From Macrostomum hystrix (Eukaryota > Animalia > Platyhelminthes): 64,000 nucleotides of DNA. Below, in pieces: positions 1 through 13,600 of this stretch. The stretch covers positions 16,678,001 through 16,742,000 of the forward strand of contig CATNEN010000001.1 in assembly GCA_950097015.1 (NCBI GenBank). Direction: 5' to 3'. A model generated the notes under the pieces. That model ran no database searches and was not told the DNA's origin. It worked only from the letters and a program-made list of their open reading frames with translations. The position numbers and the translations under genes are program-made. Position 1 is the stretch's first letter; the number at the start of each line of letters is the position of its first letter.

Positions 1-80
1 AACCTCAGCAGCAGCTGCAGCAGCAGCAAGTGCAGCAGCAGAAGCCGCAGTCACCAAAGCATGAGGAGCTGCAGCAACCT

Positions 81-113
<33 letters not shown>

Positions 114-260
114 TCTCCAATGCATGGGCAGCTGCAGCAACCTCAGCAGCAGCTGCAGCAGCAGTCACCAAAGAAACGGCAGCAGCAGCAATCGCAGCAG
201 CAACAACCGCCAGTGCTACCGATACAGCAACAGCCTCAGCAAGTCATGATGCAACGGCAG
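1..260 (+). repeat. CAG/CAA-rich low-complexity tract (poly-Q reading frame 30-353)
   Basis: Runs of cagcagcag with a repeated gagctgcagcaacctcagcagcag unit. No recognisable domain, so coding status is unsupported. Confidence 0.7.
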
Positions 261-1882
261 GTTGAACACGGGTCTAATGAACGCTTGTCAACTGGCTTAG
301 ATTTAAATCGAATAGTCTCAACGCTGCAGAAAATAAACAGTGCAAAAATCTAAAGCAGCAGCAGCATGAAACAGTTCAACGGCCCTCCCTGATCCAAAAG
401 TCGCCATCTTTGTACCAAGAATATTCGGCTAAAATCTGCTCCACGCCATACATGCAGCAATATAATATGCACTTCAGAACTCAGGGCAGCACAACTTATC
501 CCAAAATCAACAGTCTAATCAGCAGCCGAAGCATTTCCAGCAGCACCATCAACACTTGAAGCATCAGCGCTACCAGAGACGTCAAGTGGCAATTTTTCGA
601 CCTGGTCTCCATCTTTTCGGCCGGAACAGAACTAGCTCCACCAACTCGCTAAATCAATCACAATCCACCTCCAGCTGCTCCGTTCACGAAGAGGAAGTGA
701 TACCAATATCCGACGACCTAGTCCACCTGTACGTAAACAGCTGTTCGGAGACAGGCAACGTCACGGGTGGCGTCAAAAAAGATTTCAGAGCGAGGTCTCT
801 GGCGATGTGATAAGCAGCAGTGTCATCGGTTGCAGCAACAGTGGCGTTTGCGACAGTGGCGGCGGCGGCGGCGGTGGCGACGTCCCAGTGGTGTGCGCTA
901 CCGCAGAATCGGCTGCTATGGAAACAGAACCTGACTGCAAAGCTAGAATGCCTCTGTGCGCTGAGAGCAGCGAACACCAATTTTCGCCCTCATGGGTCTC
1001 AAAAGGTCATCGAAGCCGGAAGCCGAGCCGAGAATTCCAGCAGCACACATCTTGGTGTAAAAAGCGACGGCAGCAAATCGAAGTGGAGTCGGCTTCATCA
1101 GTTAATGTTTCATTCGACTATTCTCGCTTCGCAAGGCTGAAGACACCGGAAATTTACAAGAAGGATTTTCTTTCCACGCTGAGGCAGGACCGGCTGCATC
1201 GTCAGGCAAAGCTGAAGCGCTGATCGGTATCTGACAACCCCCGCTGACTTGATCCAAACGTAGTCGCTTTTCCCCTGGCAAGAATATTTTCTTGTCAATC
1301 AGCTCTGGAGGTTCAATTTTGTGAAACTGTTTCTGACATAATCATCAAGAATATTAATGACTGGCGACAACTACAGCGACCTCACCTCCTTAAATCCTGA
1401 CGACACCTCCTTAAAACAGTCTTAACACGCCGCAACGTCTTATCTTAATGCGCGTTTAAAAACTAGTTGTCCCGTGCCATGTGTCATGCACGGCAGTTGT
1501 TGGGCACAGTACTTGCCGAAGCGTGACAACTTGTAAACGTCAAACGCTTTCCTAAGACCAAATAGCTTGCGAACAGAGATAAATATATTGCGTGACTTCT
1601 TGCAAAGACTAAAAATGTTCAACTCAATTAACTGCTTGAATGAACATTTTGTGTTAAAATTTATTATAATACAGGCTAACCTACGACAGGTTTATATTTT
1701 TCTTAATATCGAGACGCAAACGTATCTTTATGTAATGTTGTCCCACACAAAAATTGGGGGATTACATTTTGTCTTCACTCCCTAAAGACCTACTACGAGA
1801 CCTAAAGACCTACTCGTAGATATCCTGAGTTACTGAAGTATCTGTCTAAGCCACTCGTTTTTTATTTTGATTAACTTGAAAG

Positions 1883-4800
1883 GCCAAAAGTTTGTGTCCC
1901 AGAGATCAACGCCCTGTACCGCTCGAGTCACCCGGTTGACGTACGCCGAGAAGGTCTCCGTTCGACTTGTGGACTCGCACGGCCGCCAGCTGGGCGAGAC
2001 TGTTTACCCCGAGAATGGCCAAGTGAGCGAGGATTTTACCTCGCTCCGAGACGCCGATCGCGAGGATGAAGCACTGCTGAGCGCCTCCGTGGAAGCCGGT
2101 GTTCCCAGCGAGTTCCTGCGACTGACAGGCTTGGATATTGTGGACTCACCTGGCCTGAACGAAAACGATGCTCTGGACTCGCTGACTATGAGAGCTGTCG
2201 ATTCGTTCCTGCCAATCATTCTGTACGTTATCGATGGACAGTACGGAGTCAATTTGGCGGTAATTTTCTTAGTGCATCTATTTTACCTTCCGAGTGAAAG
2301 TTATTATCGAGAGAGACGAACCCAAAATGCTACACTCGCTTTTTGTAGGCCGAGAAAGACATTCAGAGCATCAGGGCGACAGCTCCTGGCCTAGAGCTAT
2401 TCTACCTGGTTACAAAGATGGACGTCTCCAAGGAGGACGCCAAGGAAAGCGGTCGCACCGTCGAGGACATCGAGGAGGAGCGCACCAGACGAGCCTTCGA
2501 TCGTCTGCGCAGTCTGCAGTGTGTTGGCGAGCTAGAGACGCCATCGAATTGCGGCAGGTTCTTCTGCCTCTCCAGCTGGGAGATGATGTCTTATCGAAGG
2601 CGTGTTAGGGCCGCGATTAGAAAGGCAAGAGGGGAAACAGCGGCCGGAGCCAGTGTGCCTCGCAACAAGTGGGTGCTTCGCTTCGACGAGATGCAGCGCC
2701 GACTGGCCGAGTTCGCGGCGTCCCAGTTTCGCAGTCTCATCGTCAGCGCCTGCGCCAGTCTGAAGTCGCTGCACTGCGGCATTGTGGAGGTGATGATGAG
2801 CAAGGCTAACGATATTCGGGCCAGCGCGTTGAAGCGCCGTGAGAATCTTGGCGCCATCCGCCAAATCGAGTGCCGCAATCACAGCCAGTCCAAGGAGGTC
2901 GTGGATCGTTACCGGCAGAGATTCCTTGAGCAGGCTGATAGTTTCGTCAAGCAGCAGGTACGGCAGCGTTTGCTTGATCACAATCTATTCACTCGATTGT
3001 CAATCAGTCCTAATCACAATCATCCTGGTCGGCTGGGGTGAGTGGTGCAGCGGTAACATATCCGACCGCCAACGTCCCTGAGATCGATTCCGCGAAGAGA
3101 TGGCCTGGAGGCTTGTCGGGCGATTTACGCCTTTGAGTGCAAACGGCACAGTGAGAGTGTACGATACCTGACGATGAAAAATTCCGGACAGATGTACACA
3201 CCCCTGTGCGCTCAGGAGTCTGCAGAATAGACAGAATTGCTGCGGGTCTACTATCACCAAATGATGCCAGTGCCCACAGCCCTTCTTTAACTACATTTAT
3301 TATTATCAACCTCTTCATCTTCAGGCCTCCGTAATACTCGAAGCCGTTAAAACGATGGAGTACTCAGACAGTGTCATCGGTGCCAGCCTGTCGTCCAGCC
3401 AAATTGAGAACCGATGCATCGAAGAGATTCACCGGTTCATCAACAATCGGATTATGTCAGCCTATCAGGACTTCCTGCGGCTGTGCGGAATGCGCGACTG
3501 CTTCGCGGAGTTGGAGGACCTGCGGTCTCGAGTGTTCGAGTACGAGCGAGAGATCGACCAGACGCCCAGCTTCTCCGTGCTCAAGGCCAGCCTTGTGGAT
3601 CACTGCGAGCTCAGCCAACAGGAGATCTACAGCTCCGGCCTGCAGGCAATGATGCGCGACATGTCGTTGAAGTTCCGCACTCTGCTGCGCCATCCCGGCA
3701 TGATCTTCAGCAGGCCGGTGCAGGACCCGGAGTGGAAGCGCTTCCAGGCTAACTGCCACCTCAGTGAGTGCCGTGACCGCTGTTCGTCATCGACCAATAA
3801 CTGAGCATCAGAGAAGGCTTTTAGATGGGGTTAGGGCATCACTGAGGGATTACGGATGAGTTTTTAGCCTAGTAGTTAGAGCGTCGGACTTACGACTTGA
3901 AGGCCGGGGGTTCGATTCCCGACTCAGCTGTCTAATGGGTGTCAAGCATCAGCTGGGGTAATTGAGGGTGGGTGTTGCGTCTCCACAGTCCATGGACTAA
4001 ACTAGCGTACACAACCTTTAGATGACAGATCACAGATGGATTATGGGTGGGATTAAGGCATCACAGATGGGTTATGGGTGGGATTAAGGCATCACAGATG
4101 GATTATGGGTGTGATTAAGCAATCAAAAGTGTTTTATGGAAAGGGTAAGTGGATAAAATATGATATATTTTTCGGATATGGGATTACAAAAAGGATTATC
4201 TAATTAGAGAGTGACTGGCCTTTAAGGGGCCAGCAGTAACTTGAAATGGATTTGGAAAGAGATCAGGGATCTCACGGAGATTAGAGACGCCGATGGGATC
4301 ACAGAAGGATTATAAATGGGATTAAAAATCAAAAGCTCTCAAATTTCACCTGGTGGCTGCTCACCGTTAGAGAGGATTGAAACGGACAAACTGGTCGAGT
4401 GTTTGTTCAAAGCGGTGCACAGCTGGCTGGATGAGAGGCACTTCAAATTCATACAGAAGATTCGCTGCTCCGAGCAGCTGGTTGAGAATGCGGCCAGTCT
4501 GAGCGAGTTGGAGAGGCAGCGCATTGTTCAACTGTCACCCAAACTGGCCTTCATGTACACCCGCTGTTTGGACATTGTCACCGCGTACCAGCTGCGAGGT
4601 TACATTGTGGACAACCAGGCCCAGCTTGGAGCTGGAGCTCAGGGCGTTGTCTGCCTCGTCAAGGACGCTCAAGGTCGGGTTGCCATGGCAGCGAAGGTGG
4701 TCCGAGTTGAGATGGAAAATCTGGGGAACATTTCTTCCGAGGTTTTCTATAGCAGGTGAAGGATCCTTTTTCAATATATATTTTCGAGAATAGTAGATTC

Positions 4801-6639
4801 AATGAGATCTTGTGAAGAATCAGTGACTTTTCAGACCTTTTTCGTTTTTGTTTTTTAAGAAGGAATGAAGATTCCAGGTAACTCAGAGGAAAAGGTTGTA
4901 GCCTTGTGGTTTGAGCGACGGACTCGCGACTAGAAGATCGGGGGTTCGATTCCTGGCTCCACTGGAACAATTTGTATCTTTTAGCAAGACACTTAACTCT
5001 GCATTGCTTCAGTTCACCCAGCTGTTAAATGGGTACCAGCATTAGCTGGGATAATTGAAGGTGGGTGTGGCGTCCCCCCCAGTCCATGGACTGATCAGCC
5101 GTACGCAGCCTTCAGATGCGCCGCGCAATTGCTGCGGCTGTGCTTTTGCCTGCACATCTGGCCCAATTGGGGCAGGTGTAATCAATTATTACACCTTGAT
5201 TACAGTATTTATTTATTATTACTATTGGTTTGGAACGGAAAGAACTGTGTTAATATTTTTCATACAACCTACTGTAAATCTTGTCCAGTGTACTTCGCCA
5301 TCCGAACTTGGTCGCCGTGGAGGGTGTTCGCCTATTTGAACATCGCGACGAAGTCGAAGACGACGTTTACTGGACCATCGAGCTGTACATGGAGCTCATG
5401 CATTGCGACGTGTGGAATCTGATGCAGCGACAGCAGCTGCCGCTGCGCAAACGACTTTGGTTCGGCCTGAAGCTGGCCAGGGCGCTGGAGTTCCTGCACT
5501 CCTCCTGCCTCATCCACCGGGATGTGAAGCTGCAGAACCTGCTGGTTTGTGACTTGCCTTGAACAAGAAACTGATTCTGCAGAAGCACTGAATCCCTCTG
5601 CTATGCTTGCAAACAACAATGAAAACAACCGTTCTCAACTCCACCACCCCAAACCAAACCTTATAAACCCACCACCCCAAACCAACACTTACAAACCCAC
5701 CACCCCAAACCAACCCTTATCAACCCACAACCCCAAACCAACCCTTCTAAACCCACCACCCCAAATCAACCCTTATCAACCCACCAACCCAAACCGACCC
5801 TTTCAAACCCACCACCCCAAATCAACCCTTATCAACCCACCAACCCAAACCGACCCTTTCAAACCCACCACCCCAAATCAACCCTTATCAACCCACCAAC
5901 CGAAACCGACCCTTCTAAACCCACCACCCCAAACCAACACTTTCAAACCCACCACCCCAAACCAACCCTTATCAACCCACCAACCCAAACCGACCCTTCT
6001 AAACCCACCACCCCAAATCAACCCTTATCAACCCACCAACCGAAACCGACCCTTCTAAACCCACCACCCCAAACCAACACTTTCAAACCCACCACCCTAA
6101 AGCAACCCTTCATTCAATGCAACAACCCGCATGCACAGGTGAACAGCGACCTGCAGATGGTCAAGCTGACCGACTTTGGGTTGACTAAAAGTGCAGGCCT
6201 CACTGGCCAGTCGCTGGTTGGCACGCCGATCTACTTGGCTCCTGAGATGGTCACAAAAAGCTGCTACGATACCAGCGCCGATGTATACAGTCTTGGCATC
6301 GCTCTCTGGTACCTGGCGTAAGTACTTCAAAATCTCGAAATTCAAGAAGCTTACGAACGTGACACTTATGTCTCGCTGAAACTGAAACAACCCTTCTATT
6401 TTTTTCTCTCTTCCTTAAGCGAAGGCACCGGTCGCAAGCACCCAGACTATGTGGAAGTGATGCCATCAGTTGGTGCTATACTACTCGCTAGTAGCATGAA
6501 CAGTAGGCCAAACCGGCTGGAATGCATTCCATCGGACCTGTGGGACCTGATGGAACGCTGCTGGCACGCTGATCCGCACAGCCGACCCCCAGCTAGAGAA
6601 GTGGCGGATGCGCTGGAGTACATCGAAAGCTGTCTGTGA
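1883..6639 (+). CDS. DSTYK: DSTYK/RIPK5-like dual Ser/Thr/Tyr kinase with N-terminal dynamin-like GTPase domain (5' exons not identified in this window)
   Basis: Phase-compatible GT-AG exons: 1883-2259, 2349-2957, 3325-3763, 4371-4755, 5289-5544, 6139-6317, 6420-6639 (TGA). GTPase-like motifs STPCTAR, DIVDSPG and LVTKMD. Kinase motifs LGAGAQGVV, AAK, HRDVKLQN, DFG, LVGTPIYLAPE and YDTSADVYSLGIALWY resemble DSTYK (HRDIKLKN, IVGTPIHMAPE, YDNSVDVYAFGILFWY). AATAAA near 6750. Confidence 0.85.
3030..3300 (+). mobile_element. tRNA-derived SINE, family B, copy 1 (kinase intron)
   Basis: A-box-like gagtggtgcagcggt and B-box-like gatcgattcc. The body (cagtgagagtgtac...gacgatgaaaa...gacagatgtacacacc) matches the reverse complement of 14115-14354. 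Confidence 0.7.
3865..4024 (+). mobile_element. tRNA-derived SINE, family A, internally deleted copy
   Basis: tagcctagtagttagagc A-box and ggttcgattcc B-box. The 3' body (agctggggtaattgagggtgggtgt...agtccatggact) is shared with 4894-5200. Confidence 0.75.
4025..4125 (+). repeat. Short tandem repeat, about 31-bp unit (catcacagatggattatgggtgggattaagg)
   Basis: About three copies, with degenerate relatives at 3815-3860 and 4125-4325. Confidence 0.7.
4894..5226 (+). mobile_element. tRNA-derived CORE-like SINE, family A, near full length
   Basis: tRNA head (tagccttgtggtttgagc...ggttcgattcc), then tagcaagacacttaactctgcattgcttcagttcacccagctgttaaatggg resembling the MIR/CORE domain, then a TTA-rich tail. 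Confidence 0.75.
5640..6100 (+). repeat. Intronic minisatellite, about 29-bp C/A-rich unit (aaacccaccaccccaaatcaacccttatc)
   Basis: Tandem degenerate copies filling kinase intron 5545-6138. Confidence 0.9.
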
Positions 6640-7691
6640 TATGTTTTCTCAAATCCGAGATTTTTTGGTGGTCCTTAAAAGGGCCGTTTTTTAAGATCGT
6701 ATCGTTTAGATAAAAAATACCCATTGTTTTTTACGTTTCAAAATCTTTTAATAAAATGTTGTAGTTTATTTTCATTAGTTCTAATTGTTCTCTTTTTAGT
6801 TTGATTAAAGTTTATAAAGAATAAAAATTCTAATATATCAATGTATTCCGTACTGAAAAGGGCCGTTTTTTGTATTTTTATATAACTTTATTGCAAGTTT
6901 TTTTATTAGCTAGCCAACCACTAGTTCGTTTACTTGTGACTGTGAGGTGAATAAATAATTAAAATAAGCCTATTATCATTGCGTTCAACGTCGCCGAACT
7001 TTTACATAAAATTTTTCAATAGAAATTCCTGTTAATAATCGCTGCAGTTCTCAACTATTAGGAATTTGGCTAGCCTGAACAATCTGCGTGTGTTAGATGA
7101 TAATATAGAGAATTGATAAGTACAGGACAGATGAGAGATGAGACGAGAGGTGAGTACATCAGTCTCGCGCATTGCGTAGCGACGAAATTGTTGGATGGAT
7201 CGTATCAAGATTGATTCAAAAGGCTAGAGAGGTCCTGTACTGACTAGGAGATGGATGCTGGAATAGGGGAAGAGAATTTGGGCAGAGACAGGATGGGGAT
7301 AAGAGCTGCGTGTGCCCAGGAGTAGTTCCGTACTCAAACTGTGTACTCAGAGCTGGGCGATCTCCTCACCCGCAGCCAACTCATAGTTTTCTTCTCTTCC
7401 TCTCCCCCGCGAGCTCTGAGTGTACTCAACTGCCAACCCAATAGCCAAATGTCTCCGCGAACGTCCTCCCTCCGCCGCCCCCCGCCAAATAAGCGCCAAC
7501 CCCAAATAAATATAGGTTCTCATTCTCCTGTTTTTGAGAAAGTCAACTTTTCTCTTGTCTGTTGGCTGCAGAGTTGAATTCTTGAACAGTTGTTATGCTC
7601 ATGAGTTCAACAGCTAGAGTCTTCTAGAAACCACTTTGTACTACTCAGTGTTTCATAAATTTGCGAATAAACTTGTTTGCGGTTCTGCATC

Positions 7692-10600
7692 ATGACGACA
7701 AAACGGCGTCTGCTAGTAGCCCTAGTGTCGGCATTTCTGCTTGTTTGGACGGGAGTTCCCGCGACAGCCACCCGGCCTCAACTGGAGACAAGAGAGTAAG
7801 TTGCCACTGTCTGACTTCTTATGCCATTTCTATGCCATTTCTGTGCCATTTCTAGGCCACTTCTATGCCACTTCTATGCCATTTCTGTGCCACTTCTATG
7901 CCATTTCTGTGCCATTTCTGTGCCATTTCTGTGAGTTTCTAAATACTCTTTACCCCAATTTTCCTTGTTCTTTCTTTGTGACTTCCTAGTCACTCCTATC
8001 CATTAGATCTGTCACTCCTATCCATTAGATATGTCACTCCTATCCATTAGATATGTCACTCCTATCCATTAGATATGTCACTCCTATCCATTAGATATGT
8101 CACTCATATCCATTAGATCTGTCACTCCTATCCATTGGATATGTCACTCCTATCCATTAGATCTGTCACTCCTATCCATTAGATATGTCACTCCTATCCA
8201 TTAGATATGTCACTCCTATCCATTAGATCTGTCACTCCTATCCATTAGATATGTCACTCCTATCCATTAGATCTGTCACTCCTATCCATTAGATCTGTCA
8301 CTCCTATCCATTAGATCTGTCACTCCTATCCATTTAGATCTGTCACTCCTATCCATTAGATCTGTCACTCCTATCCATTAGATCTGTCACTCCTATCCAT
8401 TAGATCTGTCACTCCTATCCATTAGATCTGTCACTCCTATCCATTAGATATGTCACTCCTATCCATTAGATATGTCACTCCTATCCATTAGATCTGTCAC
8501 TCCTATCCATTAGATCTGTCACTCCTATCCATTTAGATCTGTCACTCCTATCCATTAGATCTGTCACTCCTATCCATTTAGATCTGTCACTCCTATCCAT
8601 TAGATATGTCACTCCTATCCATTAGATCTGTCACTCCTATCCATTAGATCTGTCACTCCTATCCATTAGATCTGTCACTCCTATCCATTAGATCTGTCAC
8701 TCCTATCCATTAGATCTGTCACTCCTATCCATTAGATATGTCACTCCTATCCATTAGATCTGTCACTCCTATCCATTAGATCTGTCACTCCTATCCATTA
8801 GATATGTCACTCCTATCCATTAGATCTGTCACTCCTATCCATTTAGATCTGTCACTCCTATCCATTAGATCTGTCACTCCTATCCATTAGATCTGTCACT
8901 CCTATCCATTAGATATGTCACTCCTATCCATTAGATCTGTCACTCCTATCCATTAGATCTGTCACTCCTATCCATTAGATCTGTCACTCCTATCCATTAG
9001 ATCTGTCACTCCTATCCATTAGATATGTCACTCCTATCCATTAGATCTGTCACTCCTATCCATTAGATCTGTCACTCCTATCCATTAGATATGTCACTCC
9101 TATCCATTAGATCTGTCACTCCTATCCCTTAGATCTGTCACTCCTATCCATTAGATCTGTCACTCCTATCCATTAGATATGTCACTCCTATCCATTAGAT
9201 CTGTCACTCCTATCCATTAGATCTGTCACTCCTATCCATTAGATCTGTCACTCTGTTTCCTTAATCTGTCCCCCATTTCCTGTTAAACTATCTGTCATTT
9301 CCCTTAAATTTGTCACTCCTAAAAGATTAGGAAAATTTTAAGCTACCAACTTTTGCCGCAGAATCAACTCCTGGGTGCAGGCATTGTCCAGCAAGATTGA
9401 ATCGCTTCGTGGAAAGCTCGGCATCGACACGTTTCAACGGGTGAGCTTTGTGAATTCGACGGTCAGTTATCAGAGGAAACAAAAATTTCGGAGACAAAAA
9501 AATTTGTCTGTCTAAATCTAACAAGTTTGATTTGATTTTTATTGCTAATGAACCTGGCCTATTCTGAATCAATAGTCAGCCTTCCCGGATCATTCGGTGG
9601 GTCATTACCCCAGCTATCAATGATCATTCGGTGGGTCATTACCCCAGCTATCAATGATCATTCGGTGGGTCATTACCCCAGCTATCAATGATCTTTCTGT
9701 GGGTCATTACCCCAGCTATCAATGATCATTCTGTGGGTCATTACCCCAACTATCAATGAGCATTCGGTGGGTCATTACCCCAGCTATCAATGATCATTCG
9801 GTGGGTCATTACCCCAACTATCAATGAGCATTCGGTGGGTCATTACCATCCTCGACTTTGTCCAGAATTTCGAAGACAATCAAGTCGCGCCAACTGAAAT
9901 TGACGAGGCCGCTGGTCAGAGGCTGATGCGTGAGATCAAATCTAGAATTGAGAAGTTCACGTACAGGTTCGAGGAGCATGTTGAGGTGAGTCACTTTTTT
10001 ACGTAAAATCACTTTAAAAATATCTGCTTTAGAGTGCAAAAAAAGAAATCGTTGAACTTTTTGATTTTCAGAGAATCCGCCTGGAGGCCGAATACTCCTA
10101 CGCGGCGCATACGCATCGCAACTACTCATTAAACGTGAGTTAAGTCAGTAGTATACACTGAAAATGTGCAAAACTAATAAAAAACTTACTGTCATTTTTC
10201 CTGTTTTCTTCTTTTTCGCGGCGTAAACCAAATAGGTCGCTATCAGAATTCACACCCGATTCCCACTCTTCTCATTGTAAAGGACACACTTCCGATAGAA
10301 TATCCCACACTCTCCCATAGAATATCCCACACTTCCCATAAAATATACCACACTTCCCATAAAATATATCCCACTTCCCATAAAATATACCACACTTCCC
10401 CTATAATTGTCCCACATTCCTATAGAATTGTCCCACATTCCTATAGAATTGTCCCACATTCCTATAGAATTGTCCCACATTCCTATAGAATTGTCCCACA
10501 TTCCCATAGAATTGTCCCACATTCCTATAGAATTGTCCCAATTCCCATAGAATTGTCCCACATTCCTATAGAATTGTCCCACATTCCTATAGAGTTGTCC

Positions 10601-13600
10601 CAATTCCCATAGAATTGTCCCACATTCCCATAGAATTGTCCCACATTCCCATAGAATTGTCCCACATTCCCATAGAATTGTCCCACATTCCCATAGAATT
10701 TTCCCACATTCCCATAGAATTGTCCCACATTCCCATAGAATTGTCCCAATTCCCATAGAATTTTCCCACATTCCCATAGAATTGTCCCAATTCCCATAGA
10801 ATTGTCCCACATTCCCATAGAATTGTCCTATATTCCCATAGAATTGTCCTATATTCCCATAGAATTGTCCCACATTCCCATAGAATTGTCCCACATTCCC
10901 ATAGAATTGTCCCATATTCCCATAGAATTGTCCCATATTCCCATAGAATTGTCCCATATTCCCATAGAATTGTCCCACATTCCCATAGAATTGTCCTATA
11001 TTCCCATAGAATTGTCCCATATTCCCATAGAATTGTCCCACATTCCCATAGAATTGTCCCACATTCCCATAGAATTGTCCCATATTCCCATAGAATTGTC
11101 CCATATTCCCATAGAATTGTCCCATATTCCCATAGAATTGTCCCAATTCCCATAGAATTGTCCCATATTCCCATAGAATTGTCCCACATTCCCATTGAAT
11201 TGTCCCACATTCCCATTTATGGCTGTTCCCATTCCCCGCAGTGCATCGAGCTGAAGGATCGGCCGTTTCTTCGGGCCACAGCCATCGAGGACAAGGAGCA
11301 GCACGAGCCGCCTAACGGCACGCAGCCGATGGACGCCGAGGCCAGGAACACGATCTACGTGATGCACAAGTCGGACAGTAACGAGAACTTCTGCTCAGAA
11401 TCCACCCAGCTAGAGCTTACTAAAGATCCTAGGCTGTACGGAGTTGAAACCAACCGCCTGGTGTCCACAGCGCATGTGCCTTCCAACATCTACGACGCCT
11501 GTGAGCCTAACCACTAATCGGATCATAATACTAATAATCCTCCTGTTAATCCCCGCAAGCCTAATCCTTTGATAGTCGGTTAATCCACTTGCACCCAATC
11601 CATCTGTTAATCATCTAAATCACATACTCCGATTGTTTCTTCATACCTGTTTCTTCTATTAATAGTCTGACACTTCGTCAGTCTGCATGTTAATCCAATC
11701 ATACCTGATTGGTTTGTTAATCCCCTCACACCTGATCGGTCTGTTAATCCAATCACAATTGATCGGTCTGTTAATCCAATCACACCTGATCCTGCAATTA
11801 ATTAATTGTTTCCATATCTGCCCGCTGCCATACACAGCCACAGACATGCTGAACGCAGCCAACTGGTCACAGGTGTTAGACAAAGTGTTCAGGGCCAACG
11901 CTGACATGGATCCCTTGCTGAAGTGGCAGTACTTTGGCAATATTGATGGCCTATTCAAAATCTATCCGGGCGTCCGTTGGTACATACAAACTAAAGATCT
12001 TGGTAACAAAGACATCACAATTGACTTCTTCGACTGCAGAACCCAGTACTGGTGAGTGCTAAGAAGCTAAATCAACAATTCTAATAATTGTCTGAACTGT
12101 CTGTCGCACTGGTTGTTGATTAAAACTGGTCATATTGCAGGTACCTACTGGCCGCATCATACCCCAAGGACATGGTCATCTTGCTGGACAATAGCGGCTC
12201 CATGAAAGGGCGTCGATCGATCATAGCCAATATGACCCTGACTGAGCTGCTGTACACTCTGAATGTCAACGACTTCTTCAATGTCATAATGGTGAGTTGT
12301 TCCTCTTTTAGTATTTTTACTATAATATTATTCTTGATATGAAATATACATCATTAGTCGTTTTGTTATGTCTCAAACTTGATTACCAAGTGCTCTTTCT
12401 TGACCTTTCTTCAAAATGCATGCCTCAAATACACCTATGCATGTACATTAATGTGAGAAAATCAGTGTGCATCGTGAGCAAAGCATTTGTAACTGCTCTC
12501 CTCTTAATTTAATCTATAGTTGCGTAATTTTCGGTTCGTTTGGTGTTTTTCAAAGCCAAAAAATCATTGATTGTTGTGATTCGTGTGCTGATTTTGTTCT
12601 TAAATACTTAAAGGCCGGAAACAGAGAAGAATAACAAAACTTATTTGGTGCTTCTTGTATTTCCAGAATTTGACTTGAACGATTAATAATTAATAGATCT
12701 TTCAAAAAGACCGACGATCAATAGACTTCAAGAATAATTATTTTAAACTTAAAATATCAGAACAGTTCAGCCTCTTTTTCCGGACTTCCTGATTAACGAG
12801 TGCAAGACGCGTTGCCTTTAATTTCCATAGAGTCTTTCTTGTAACTATCTATAATTGTGATCTTGTGTGAATAACCTTATATGTAACTTTCACTTTGTGT
12901 CTATCACAGCATGTGTTTCTTCGCAATTTGAATGTATATATGCTATTGTTCGTTTTTTATGTTTTTGATTAAGGAACTATGTATTCTTTTTTTCGACTTT
13001 CATCCGTCACACCGAAAAAATTTAGCAACGAAAAGAATCCTTGCAAAGAATGCTCCACATAAACGAAAGAAAGTTTAAGATTCTATAATGAGTATAAACT
13101 TTTTCCGTGTGTAACAAAATGTTGTGACTGTTTCATCGTTTTAAGATTACAAAATCACCTCACGAGGAAGTAAGTATATTTTTATACTGATAAATTTGCG
13201 CACTCAGAAAAATATAGTTTTGTGGCTACACTTCAATAATTCCGGAAAAATCTAAGAATTATCGACACAAATTCAACGGAGTTTATATTAATGCATTTAC
13301 GCCACCCATGCCTAAAAGCTAGATAATCAAATTCGATTGTTAACAGTTGCCAGTAAATATTAAGTTATTATTTTTACACAATACATGTTTATAAGGAAAT
13401 TCATTAAAAAGGGAGCGTAGATTCACGCAAACAATTTTATAAACCCAGCACAAGTTTTTAATGAAGCAAACACGTGATTTACGATTTCACAAAATTAATA
13501 TTCTATTCTAATGCATTTTGCAATTATTTCTACTTGCAAGTAACATATTGAGCTGTTTAAAGTTCCATGCCAAGAAATGTAAAAAATCTGAAATTTTATT

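Noticed and set aside
3865-4965. tRNA genes
   Set aside because: The A/B boxes continue into shared SINE bodies, and no complete cloverleaf is evident.
5549-6058. Pro-rich 169-aa ORF
   Set aside because: It is an intronic minisatellite between kinase subdomains VIb and VII, which splice cleanly around it.
7091-7522. Solo LTR (TG...CA) upstream of alpha-2/delta
   Set aside because: No matching TSD, PBS or PPT. Only a short inverted repeat (gtactcagagct/agctctgagtgtac) is present, so it may be promoter sequence.
10250-11367. MGQFYGN, GTILWEC and SHIPIEL ORFs
   Set aside because: They are artefacts of the 21-bp array. The real exon starts at 11242.
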